From Mobula hypostoma (lineage: Eukaryota), in contig NC_086097.1 in assembly GCF_963921235.1 (NCBI RefSeq), positions 106,022,001 to 106,086,000 of the forward strand: 64,000 nucleotides of DNA. The letters run 5' to 3'. Under the pieces are notes generated by a model that ran no database searches, had not been told where the DNA came from, and saw only the letters and a program-made list of their open reading frames with translations. The position numbers and the translations under genes were made by a program. This document shows positions 22,321 through 34,027 of the stretch, one piece after another. Within the stretch, counting starts at the first letter, position 1. Each line of letters begins with the position of its first letter.

Positions 22321-24987
22321 TTGGAGAGAGTTTAAACTAATTTGTCATTTGGATGGGCTGCAACTAGAGACTGGCAGATAATGTTGACATCAGAGTCGTG
22401 GCTGAAAGAAGATTATAGTTGGGAGCTTAACATCCAAAGATGCACATTGTATCAAAAGGACAGGCAAGTAGGTAGAGGTGGTGTTGTGGCTCTGTTGGGA
22501 AAAAATGAAATCAAATTCTTAGAAAAAGATGACATAGGATTGGAAGATGTAAAATCATTGTGGACAGAGTTAAGGAACTGCAAGGATAAAGAGACCCTGA
22601 TGAGAATTACATACAGTCTTCCGAACAATAGCCAGGATGTTGGCGACAAAATCAAAACCGAGATAGAGAAGGCATGTCAAAAAGGCAATGTTACGATAGT
22701 CATGGGGGATTTCAATGTGCATTGGGGAAAATCAGATTGGTGCTGAATCCCAAGAGAGGAAAGTTTTAGAATGCTTATGTGATGGCTTTTTGGAGCAGCT
22801 TGTGGTTGAGCCCACTAAGGGATCAGCTATTCAGGATTGAATGCTGTGTGATGAACTGTATTTGATTAGGGAGCTTAAGGTAACGGAGCCCTTAGGAGAC
22901 AGATTTGAAAAGGAGAAGCTAAAGTCAAATATATCTGTATTACAATGAAGTAACTGAATTATAGAGGCATGAGAGAGGAACTGGCCAACGTTGATTGGAA
23001 AGGGGCATTAGGAATGATGGCACAGCTGCAATGGATGGAGTTTTTGGGAACAATTTGGAAGTCATGGGATAGATACATCCTAGACAAGAAGTATTCTAAA
23101 GGCAGCGTGATGCACAGTGGCTAACACCAGAAGTCAAAGCCAGCATAAAAGCAAAACAGAGGGCATATAATAAAGCAAAAATTACTGAGAAGTTAGAGGT
23201 TTAGGAAACTTTTAAAAACCAACAGTAGGCAACTAAAAAGCCATAAAGGAGGAAAAGATGACATATTGATGTAAGCTAACTAACAATATCAAAGAGGATA
23301 CCAAAAGTTACTTCAGATATATAAAGAGTAAAAGAGGCAAAAGTAGATATTGGATTGCTGGAAATTGATGCTGGAGAGATAGTAATGGGGACAAGGAAAT
23401 GGCGGACAAACTGAACAAGTATTTTGCATCAGTCTTCACTGTGGAAAGCACTCGTAGTATGCCGCATGTTTGAGAGTATCAGCCGGCAGAAGTGTGTAAA
23501 GTTGCCACTACTAGGGAAAAGGTGCTTGGGAAACTGAAGGGTCTGATGTTAAATAAATCACCTGGACCCGATGCACTTCACCTCAGCGTTCTGCAAAAGG
23601 TAGCCAAAGAGATTGTGGAGGGATGAGTAATGATCTTTCAAAAATCAATATATTCTGACATAGTTCTGAAGGACTGGAAAATGGCAGCTAGCACTCTACT
23701 CTTCAAGAAGGATGGAAACAGAAGAAAGGAAATTATAGGCCAATTAGCCTGACCTCAGTTGTTGGGAGGATGTTGGAGTCGATTGTTAAGGATGTGGTTT
23801 TGACCCATTTTATTATGTGCCTCCAAGTACCCCAAAATCAGCATGGTTTCCTTCAGGGAAAATCTTGCCTAACCTATCTGTTGAAATTCTTTGAGGAAGT
23901 AACAAGCAAGATGGACAAAGGAGAATTGGTGGATGGTGTGTACCTGGATCTTTGACAAGGTGCCACACATGAGGTTGCTTTGCAAGGTAAGAGCAGGAAA
24001 GATCCTAGCGGGATTGAACATTGCCTGATTGGCAGGAGGCAGAGTACGAATAAGGGAACCTGTTTTGATTGGCTGCTGGTGAATAGTAGTGTTTTGCAGG
24101 GGTTGGTTTTGGGACCACTATTCATATTATGACAGAAATAATGGTTTTGTGGACAATACAAAGAAAGGTGCAGAGGCAGGTAGAGTTAAGGGAGAAAGGA
24201 GTCTGCAGAAGGGCTTAGACAGATTAGAAGAATGGGAAATGAAACAGCAGATGGAATATTGTGTATGCAAGTGTATGATCATGCACTTGGGTCGAAGGAA
24301 TAAAGCTATATGCTGTTTTCTGAAAAGGAGAGCAAATACAGAAATCAAAGGTGCAAGGGGACTTGGAATTCCTCATGCAGGATTCCCTGAAGGTTAACTT
24401 CCAGGTTGAGACTGGTGAGGAAGGCAAATTCAACGTTCTCATTCATTTCATGAGGACTAGAATATAAATGTAAGAAAATAATGCCGATGCTTTATAAAGT
24501 TTTGGTCCGACTGCAGAGAGGATTGTGAGAAGCTTTGGGCCCCTTATCTAAGAAAGGATGGGCTGCCATTGGAGATGGTCAAGAGGAGATTATTGAAAAT
24601 GACCCCAGGAATGAAAGGGTAATGATTAGGATCATTTGATGGCTGTGGGCTTGTCCTCGCTGAAGATTAGAAGAATGAGGGGAAAATCTCATTGAAATCT
24701 ATCGAATATTGAAAGGTCTACATTGTGCAAATGTGGAGAGGATGCTTCCTATAGTGAGGGGTTCTAGGTCCAGAGGGGAGACCCTCAGAACAGAGATGAG
24801 GAGGAATTTCTTTAGCAGAGAGCGTGGATATATTTAAAGTGGAGTTTGATAGGTTCTTGATTAATCAGGACAAAAGGTCTGGCGAGAAGGCAGGAGAATG
24901 GGGTTGACAGGCATAATAAATCAGCCATGATTGAATAGCAGAGCAGACTCAATAGACTGAATGGCTGAATTCTGCTCCCATGTCTTA
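22321..24987 (+). mobile_element. Old CR1 LINE ORF2 and 3' end, heavily decayed
   Basis: ESWL, GGVVAL, MGDFN, NYRPISLTSVVG, QHGFLQGKSCLT, DNTK; 3' UTR ends tctgctcccatgtcttatg. Confidence 0.85.
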
Positions 24988-25699
24988 TGATTTTGTCAGA
25001 CCTACTATCATGGCAAGATTTTATTCCGATTTATAGTTATAGAGTTTTACGGCAGAGAAACATACCCTTCACCCTAGCCATCAATTACCTGGCTATGCTC
25101 ATCCCATTTGCCATCATTTGGTCTGTAACCTTTTCTGCCTTTGCAATTCCAATATGTTCTAGATGTTGTGATAGTAAATGCCTCCTCCATCCATCAGGTG
25201 GTGTGTTCCAGGTCCCAACCTCCCTCTGAGTGGAAAATCATCTTCCTAAACTCTTCTATCTTGCCTTATCACTAGACCTTCTTGCTATAGATGCCTCTGC
25301 CTTGGAGAAAAGTTTCCTGCTAACCACCCCTTCATAAAATGAGTCACCTCAGATAATGTGTAACTATCAGAATGCCTTTCATCCTCCTCTATTCCAGATA
25401 AACCAAACACAACCTATTCAATCTTTATCATAACTGAAACACTATAGCCCAGGCATGCTCTCCAGTGCAACCACATCCTTCCATTAAATATGGTGAGCAG
25501 AACTGCACAGTTTAACAGCTGTGACCAAGGCAATGTTTCATAAGATTGTACTATAAATTCCTTGCTCGTATATTCTATGACTTTATTATGTTGAAATAGA
25601 GTAGATAAACAGTCAGATTAATGTTTTGGCAAAAGGGGGAAAAGAAGTCCAAGGCTCTTTATTACAGGTCTATAAACTTTTCCAAATCCAGACAACTTA

Positions 25700-25990
25700 T
25701 TCAAACTGTCCACTCTCCTCTACTACCTGATTCCTTCTTTTTTAGTCCTTTTCCTCTTTGACCTATCACCTCCAGGCTTCTCACTTCATCCCTCTCTCCA
25801 CATCCACCCATCTTCTCTTTCTCCTGTTTTCACCCTTCACCCAACAGCCTGAACTACTTCCCCACCCCCACATTCTTACTCTGGCTTCTTCCCCCTTCCT
25901 TTCCAGTCTTGAATGAAGGTTCTTGCCCCGAAACATTAGCTGCTTATTCCTGTGCATAGATGCTGCCTGACTTGCTGAACTCTTACATTC
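25700..25990 (+). mobile_element. Old PLE 3' end with degenerate hammerhead
   Basis: Polypyrimidine UTR, then cagtcttgaatgaaggttcttgccccgaaac and gatgctgcctgacttgctga. Confidence 0.6.
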
Positions 25991-25996
25991 TTACTG

Positions 25997-26532
25997 AGTT
26001 CACTCAACCTATTCTCATAATGCATGCTCCCCAATCCAGGCAACATCCTTGTAAATCTCCTCTGCACCCTTTCTATGGCTTCCACATCCTTCCTGTAGTG
26101 AAGCGACCAGAACTGAGCACAGTACTCCAAGTGGGATCTGACCAGGGTCCTATATAGCTGCAACATTACCTCTCGGCTCTTAAGCTCAATCCCATGATTG
26201 ATGAAGGCCAATACATCGTACGCCTTCTTAACCATAGAGTCAACCTGCGCAGCTGCTTTGAGCGTGCTATGGACTCAGACCCCAAGATCCTTCTGATCCT
26301 ACACAGCCAAGAATCTTACCATTAATACTATATTCTGCCATCATATTTGATCTACCAAAATGAACCACTTCACACTTATCTGGGTTGAAATCCATCTGCC
26401 ACTTTTCAGCCCAGTTTTGCATCCTATCAATGTCCCGCTATAACCTCTGACAGCCCTCCACACTATCCACAACACCTCCAACCTTTGTTTCATCAGCAAA
26501 CTTACTAACCCATCCCTCCACTTCCTCATCCG
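25997..26532 (-). mobile_element. CR1 RT fragment
   Basis: FADETK...WQMDFNPDKCEVVHFG...LVRSHLEYCAQFWS. Confidence 0.85.
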
Positions 26533-26974
26533 TTGTCCTCTAAATTTTTGTCTGTTGTCCATTGTATTATTGTCCTGTGTTTTATGCTTGGTACCAGACC
26601 ACAAACAACTCCGGTTTGTTTCACATGCTGGCAATAGAGTGATTCTAGTTCTGGTACGGATAATTTCACTCTTCACAACTCTAATTCCACAACCTACAGA
26701 TTCAATTACAAGGACTCTACAACTTATGCTTTCATTGTTATTCGTTTATATATAATTTTTTGCACAATTTGTCTCCTTTTGCACATTGGTTGCTTGTCTG
26801 TCGTTATGTATAGTTTTTAAAAAAATTAATTCTATTGTATTTCTTTATTTTCCTATAAATGCCTTCAAGAAAATGAATCTCAAGGTAGTATATGGTGTTA
26901 CACATGTACTTTGATAATAAATTTACTTTGAATTTGACCAGAAGGAGAGAAAGTGATGGGGAGATTTATTTATC

Positions 26975-29181
26975 TGGATAGGATGGTGAAGAAAGCTTTT
27001 GGTATGCTGGCCTTTATTAATCAGAGCACTGAGAATAGGAGTTGGGATGTAATGCTGAAATTGTATAAGGCATTGGTGATGCCAAATTTGGAGTATTATG
27101 TACAGTTCTGGTCACCAAGTTATAGGAAAGATGTCATTAAAATTCAGAGGGCACAGAGGAGATTTACCAAAATTTACTAAAATTTACTAAACTTCATTAC
27201 TAAAATGTACTAAAATTTACTAAATTCACTAAAATGTACTAAAGTAACAGGACCCCACCAAAAAACATCAAACCATTGTCTCCCGCACCATCACCGCCCT
27301 TATCAACTCCGGAGACCTTCCATCCTCAGCCACTAAATTCATTATTCCCACAACCCGTACCACTCGGTTTTACCACCTCCCAAAGATACACAAGCCTGAC
27401 TGTCCCGGTAGACCCATAGTTTCTGCCTGCTCCTGTCCCACTGAATGTGTATCTGCCTACCTGGACTCCATTTTGTCACCTATAGTTCAGTCCCTCCCCA
27501 CCAGTTCAGGCATTTATAGGAAAATAAAGAAATACAATAGAATTAATTTTTTTAAAAACTATACATAACGACAGACAAGCAACCAATGTGCAAAAGGAGA
27601 CAAATTGTGCAAAAAATTATATATAAACGAATACACCCCATGCCCTCCACCTCTTCAATAACTTCCAGTTCCCCGGTCCCGACCACTACATTTTCACTAT
27701 GGATGTCCAATCCTTATACACTTCCTTTCCCCATCAAGAAGACCTCAAAGCCCTGCGCTACTTTCTGGATAATAGACCTCACCACCACTACCCTCCTGTG
27801 GTTGGCGGAACTGGTTCTCACACTTAATAACTTCTCTTTTGGCTCTTCCCACTTTCTTCAGACTAAGGGTGTAGCTATGGGAACTCGCATGGGACCCAGC
27901 TACACCCACCTCTTTGTTGGTTATGTGGAACAGTCTGTGCTCCAAACCTATTCTGGTACTGCTCCCCAACTTTTCCTTCGATACATTGACGACTACATTG
28001 GTGCTGCTTCCTGCACCCATGCTGAACTCATCAATTTAAAACTTCAAACTTCCACCCAGCCCTCAAATTCACTTGCTCTATCTCGGACACTTCTCACCCT
28101 TTCTCAATGTCTCGGTCTACATCTCTGGAGACAGACTGTCCACTGACATCTTCTACAAGCCCACTGACTCTCATAACTACCTCAACTATACCTCTTCCCA
28201 CCCCACAACATGCAAAAATGCTATTCCCTATTCCCAGTTCCTTCGTCTCTGCCCCATCCTCCGGCAACCACAACAGGGACGGAGTTCCCCTTGTCCTTAC
28301 CTACAACCCCACCAGCCTCCAGATCCAGCACATTATCCTCCACAACTTCTGCCACTTTCAACAGGACCCCACCACTAAGCACATCTTTCCCTCTCCATCC
28401 CTTTCCGCTTTCTGCAGGGATCGGTCCCTCCGCGACTCCCTTATCCACATGTCCATCCCCACTGATCTCCCACCCGGCACTTATCCCTGTAAGCGTAAGT
28501 CCTTACACCTGTCCTTACACCTCATCTCTTGCAACCATTCAGGACCCCAAACAGTCCTTCCAGGTGAGACAACACTTCACTTGTGAGTCCGTTGAGGTCA
28601 TCTATTGCATCCGGTGCTCCCGGTGCGGCCTCATCTACATCGATGAAACCCGACGCAGATTGGGGGACTGCTTCATCGAGCACCTCCACTCCATCGGCCA
28701 CAACAGACAGGATCTCCTGGTAGCCACCCACTTCAACTCTGCCTCCCATTCCCATTCAGATATGTCCCTACTGCCATGATGAGGCTAAACTCAGGTTGGA
28801 GGAGCAACACCTCATATACCGTCTAGGTAGTCTCCAGCCCCTTGGTATGAACATAGAATTCTCCAACTTCCAGTAATTCCCTCCCCCTCCCTTCCTCGCT
28901 ATCCCTATTTCACTCTACCCCCTCCCCCAGCTCCCTCATGGTTCCGCCTCCTTCTTCTACTACCCATTGTTTTCAGGGCTATGACGTCAATGCTTCCCCT
29001 CCCCCACCCCTTTGTCTTTCAAATTACTGGTCTTTCAACTGAAGCCACAAGCATTCTTCAAATCCTTCCCCATCTTTCATTCTTCAGTCCTGACGAAGGG
29101 TTCCGGCCTGAAACGTCGACTCATTGTTTCTAACTGATGCTGCCCGACCTGCTGAGTTCATCCAGTGTACTGAAAGTGTTG
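26975..29181 (+). mobile_element. Chimeric element copy 2: CR1 fragment + (TTTACTAAAA)~8 + Neptune-like PLE
   Basis: 26975-27165 is CR1 (...QRRFT), 27163-27243 is the repeat, and the PLE starts at AACAGGACCCCACC, the same junction as copy 1. Has internal deletions and an HHR at the 3' end. Confidence 0.9.
29086..29121 (+). ncRNA. Minimal hammerhead ribozyme motif, best-preserved stem I
   Basis: AGUC-CUGACGA-A-GGGU(UCCG)GCCU-GAAA-CG-UC^GACU; 4-bp stem I AGUC/GACU. Confidence 0.75.
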
Positions 29182-29199
29182 ACTATATTAAGGCAGCAA

Positions 29200-29800
29200 G
29201 AGTCCATAGAGGGGAGGTTGGTTCCTGTGATACACTGATCAGTTGCAGTACCAAGTTATTATTCACCCAGATAGAATGTTTTCTCGGGCGCATTGATAAA
29301 AACATTAGTCAGATTTCTTTAGCCTCCTGAGTTGTAGACTCACCGGTCCGGTGAGCATCCTTGGCCAGGACATCAACATAGTGGATGACATCATAGTTGG
29401 CCATTACATCAACATAGTTGGACCAGGACAGACTATTGGTGAAGTTCACACCTATGAACTTGAAACACTCAACTCTTCTCAACCTCAATAGTTGATGTAG
29501 ACATGCACATGTGTACCACTTCACTTTCTAAAGTCAATGATTTGATTTGTTGATATTGCAGGAAAGACTGTTGCTATGATACCATGTCGCTAAGCTCTTT
29601 ACCTCCTTCCTGTACTTCGATTTGTCATTATTTGAGATGCGGCCCACTACGTGGTATCATCTGCAAACTTTCAGATAGAGTTCGAGCAGAATCTAGGCCA
29701 CTCAGAGTAGAGTTGGAGACTGAGGATGCAATCTTGTGGAGAATAATCACGGTGGAGATGTTACTGCCTGTCCTTACAGATTGCAGTCTGTTGGTCAGAA
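29200..29800 (-). mobile_element. Old Rex1/Babar RT fragment
   Basis: NRLQSVRTGSNIS, KFADDTT (aagtttgcagatgatacc), RVECFKFIGV...LSWS. Confidence 0.7.
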
Positions 29801-31147
29801 GGTCACCCTCAATACATTTTAAAAGTGGTTTGGCCTGTACTTGAAGAGCTGTGACTAGCAGGGTTTGGACCAAGAGTTGCAAAGTGGGGTTGATTAGGTT
29901 GCTCCTTTAGGACTGGCACTGTCCTGTGTTATAAATTTACAATGATTGTGACAAAATCATGGAAAAGTGATGAGTGATTTCCTCAAAGTCAAGGCAAAAT
30001 TTTTAATCAAAATACATATATAGTATGTTAACATATAGTACTTTGAGATGTGATTTTTTTCCTGAAATTTACATAAAATTAAAGAAATACAATAGAATTT
30101 GTGAAAAAAATGCACACACTAAGACTAACAAACAACCTATGTGCAAAAGATGACTAATTGTGTGAATAAAAATATAATACTCAGAAGATGAGTTGCAGAA
30201 TCCTTAAAGAGTGAGTTTGCACGTTCTAGAATTAGTTTAGAGTTGTCATGAGTGAAGTTCAGGGGCCACGCCGGTTCAGGAGCCTGGTGGTTGTAGGTTA
30301 ATAACTGTTCCTGAACCTGGTGGTGTGGGCCCCAAGGCTTCTGTCCTTTCCTGATTGCAGCAGCGAGAAGAGATCATGGTCTGGAAGGTGGGGGCCTTAA
30401 TGATTGTTGGTGCTGTTTTGCAGCAGCGCTCCTTGTAAGTTTACTCATTGGCCCAGTTTTCCTGTCAGGCAAGCTGTAGACTTCACAAACTCCTGGCATG
30501 CACTCTTGCACCTCTGGTTCAAGTTGGGAGATTTTGATGTTCCTATGCACTCACTTGGACATTTCACATTGGTGGAAAGTAAACCAAAACATTAGACTGC
30601 TCGCTGAGATTGACAATGAGTCTCATTTCATAACTGGGCTTTGAGGAATCTTTCTTAAAAAAGATGAAAAGTGACTGCAGGGATAGGCAGTGCTAAATTA
30701 CACATAATTTATTGCATTGATCAAAAATGATGAGTGTAGAAAGTAAAATGAAGTAACGTTTTGTAATAGTTATTTTAAAAGGCACTGCACAATAAGGATA
30801 CATGAATACCATTAAACATAATTCACTGTGAAATTAAAAATCTGCAGTTAATTTTACTGAAGGTAAAAGTGCTACGTTGCCATGATGCCTCCGGGGAATG
30901 GGTAAACTCTACTTTAATAATTGGTGCTTGTGCTTTTGCAGTGAGCTACTCTTCATAATTCATCATTAAAAGTTTATTCAAGGTATTTCAAAACGTTTGA
31001 TGAAAAATATTCATACATTATTGAAATTGAAATGGCTGTTGCTGTGTTGTGGACTGAAGTTAGTGGGTCACTATCAGCCAATATGACCTTCTTGTACAAA
31101 TTTCCTTTTGCAACAAATTTCACTACAACAATATCAAGATGATGATA

Positions 31148-31637
31148 CTCAGTGGCCTCTTTATTAGGTACACCTGTACACCTGCTCGTTAATGCAAATA
31201 TCTAATCAGCCAATCATGTAGCTGCAACTCAATGAATAAAAGCATGCAGACATGGTCAAGAGGTTCAGACCAAGCATCAGAATGGGGAAGAAATGCGATC
31301 CAAGTGACCTTGACCATAGAATGATTGCTGTTGTCAAGCAGGATGGTTTGAGTATCTCAGAAGCTGCAGAACACCTGAGATTCTCATGCACAACTGTCGT
31401 TAGAGTTTATAGCAAATGCAGCAAAAAAGAAAAATAAAATCCTGTGAGCAGCAAGTCTGCAGGTGAAAAATGCCTTCATAATGAGAAAGGTCAGAGGAGA
31501 ATGGTCAGACTGGTTTAAGCTGACTGGAAGGTGGCAGTAGTTCAAATATCCATGCGTTACAACAGTGATGTACAAAAGAACATCTGTGAACACACAACAC
31601 ATCAGATATTTAAGTGGATGGGTACAGCAGCAGAAGA
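31148..31637 (+). mobile_element. Tc1-like DNA transposon, left end and transposase N-terminus
   Basis: End ctcagtggcctctttattaggtaca; MGKKCDPSDLDHRMI...GLSISEAAEHLRFSCTTVVRVY (paired-like HTH); RGQRRMVRLV...KWMG. Confidence 0.85.
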
Positions 31638-32140
31638 ATACATTAACGAAAGTAGAGCAGTGGATGTAGTATATATGGATTTAGCAAGGCATTTGATAAG
31701 GTACTCCATGTAAGGCTTATTGAGAAAGTAAGGAGGCATGGGATCCAAGGGAAAATTGCTTTGTGGATCCAGAACTGGTTTACCCACAGAAGGCAAAGAG
31801 TAACCACAGGTCATATTCTACATGGAGGCTGGTGACCAGTAGTGTGCCTCAGGGATATGTTCTGGGACCCCTACTCTTTGTGATTTTTATAAATGACCTG
31901 GATGAGAAAATGGGTTAGTAAATTTACTGATGACATGAAGGTTGGGTGTGTTGTGGATAGTGTGAAGGGCTGTCAGAGCTTACAGTGGGACATTGATAGG
32001 ATGCAAAAATGGGCAGATGGAGTTCAACCCAGATAAGTGTGAGGTGGTTCATTTTGGTAGGTCAAATATGATGGCAGAATATAGCACTAATGGCAAGACT
32101 CTTGGCAGTGTGGAGGATCAGAGGGATCTTGGGTTCTGAG
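31638..32140 (+). mobile_element. CR1 RT fragment
   Basis: AVDVVYMD...[21 protein letters not shown]...QMEFNPDKCEVVHFG. Confidence 0.85.
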
Positions 32141-32974
32141 TCCTGTCCCTCAGCCCTGCCATTTCCAGGACTTACTCATGGAAAAGGCAAAGGCAAAAGG
32201 AGGGGAAAGGCAGCGGAAGTTCCGGTCCTGGTGGAGCCCAGGGTGGCTGCTCGGGGCAAAAAGAACCGCAAGAAGTGGTGGCGGAAAGGCCGGGAGAGTG
32301 GAGCCGTTGGGCAGCACGGGCTGCTGCAAGGACACTGGATGCAAGAATCAGCAGCACTCAGGCCGAGCCCAAGGCTGCCGGGAGCGGAGGTTAACACCGG
32401 GAAATGTCCAGGAGCTGGGGTCTAGGGTTCAGATCCTGGTGGTGGCAGTCTGGTAGAGGTCTTGGGCTGGACACCATTACACCTGCCCACAAAGACCTCC
32501 AAATGAGAGTGACAAGAACAAGAAGAGCCATGATTAACAAGGTCCCCGCCAATGGTTGGGAAACTGGGACCATCTGGTGATAATTTGGCTACAGAAACAA
32601 ACCATAAATGGACCACTTTGGACAAATATATATCAACTGAATTTCCATTATTTCTCCAAAGAAGCAACTGTGGATGCAAGAATGCTCATGGATAAAAGGA
32701 AATGCTGGAAATACTCAGGAAGACAGACAACTTTTATGCTTAGGCAAAAAAATTAATTTCAATAAGCTTTTATCAGAATTGGAAAAAATTACAGATGCAA
32801 CAAATTTGAAACTTGCACCGAAACAGGGAGAAGGAAGTGGAATAGGGAAGAAGTGTGATGTGATTGGTTAGAGCACTGGAGTTATTTGCATAGAAAATGT
32901 GTAGGTTGAATGGGTCAATTATGAGAAATGCAGTGGGACAAGGAAGATAATTCTGGAATGTGGATAGGTATTAA

Positions 32975-33357
32975 TGACAAATTCATTAATACTGGCCCAG
33001 TCAGCCGGATGTTGCCACACTACCTGCCTGTCCTTCGTTGAAAGGTTCTTCTGCATCTACACTTTTGACCACAAGCCCATAAAACTGTGGTCAACATAGA
33101 ACATACCGCAGTCTGCAAGAGAAGGACTCCATGGACATGGTTCCCAGACCATCTGACAGAATGCCTTATCATCATACCTCACCGACCTTGCCTGGCTGGT
33201 GGTGAGAAGGGCTCTCCCTGTCAGATCCTTCCTGCATGCCCACACTGTTACCCCCACCATGCACTGGCTGCAAGATGACTGTAGTAGGGAAGAGATAGTA
33301 GCTCATCTCTTTGGGCACTGTGGATTTGAGAAGAGGATGTGGAGAAAGGTGCAAGGA
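32975..33357 (+). mobile_element. Tx1/L1-group LINE ORF2 C-terminal fragment
   Basis: SFVERFF..FDHK, DLAWLVVRRALPVRSFLHA, C..EEIVAHLFGHCGF...MW (zf-RVT-like). Confidence 0.7.
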
Positions 33358-34027
33358 ACACATACCAATCCTCATAGAGGAATCAGAAATGGAGGGAGTG
33401 AGCAGCTTCAAGTTCCTGGGTGTCAAAATCTCTGAGGATCTAACCCGGTCCCAACATATCATGCAGTTATAAAGAAGGCAAGACAGCGGCTATATTTTGT
33501 TCGGAGTTTGAAGAGATTTGGTATGTTAACAAATACACTCAAAAACTTCTTTTGCCGTACCGCGGAGAGCATTCTGACAGGCTGCATCACTGTCTGGTAT
33601 GGAGGGGCTACTGCACAGAACCAAAAGAAGCTGCAGAGAGTTGCAAATCTAGTCAGCTCCATCTTGGGTACCAGCCTACAAAATACCCAGGACATTTTCA
33701 GCGAAGGGTGTCTCAGAAAGGCAGCGTCCATTATTAAAGACCTCCAGCACCCAGGACATGCCTTTTTCTCACTGTTGCCATCAAGTAGGAGATACAGAAG
33801 CCTGAAGGTACACACTCAGCGATTCAGGAACAGCTTCTTCCCCTCTGCATTCCTGTTTTTGCACATTTTTAAAAATCTATTTAATATACGTATACCATAA
33901 TTGATTTATTTATTTATTATTTTTATTTTTATTTCTTCTCCCTCTCTGCTAGATTATGTATTGCATTGAACTGCTGCTAAGTTAACAAATTTCACGCCAG
34001 ATGCTGGTGATAATAAACCTGATTCTG
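33358..34027 (+). mobile_element. Rex1/Babar LINE 3' fragment
   Basis: SFKFLGVKISEDL, KKARQRLYF, ESILTGCITVWYG, HPGHAFFSLLPSSRRYRS, RFRNSFFPSA; tail aataaacctgattctg. Confidence 0.9.

Noticed and set aside
20033..29181. Simple recent inverted segmental duplication as the source of the two chimeras
   Set aside because: Flanks are unrelated, 3' UTRs and repeat counts differ, and substitutions are scattered throughout. An old duplication is not fully excluded.
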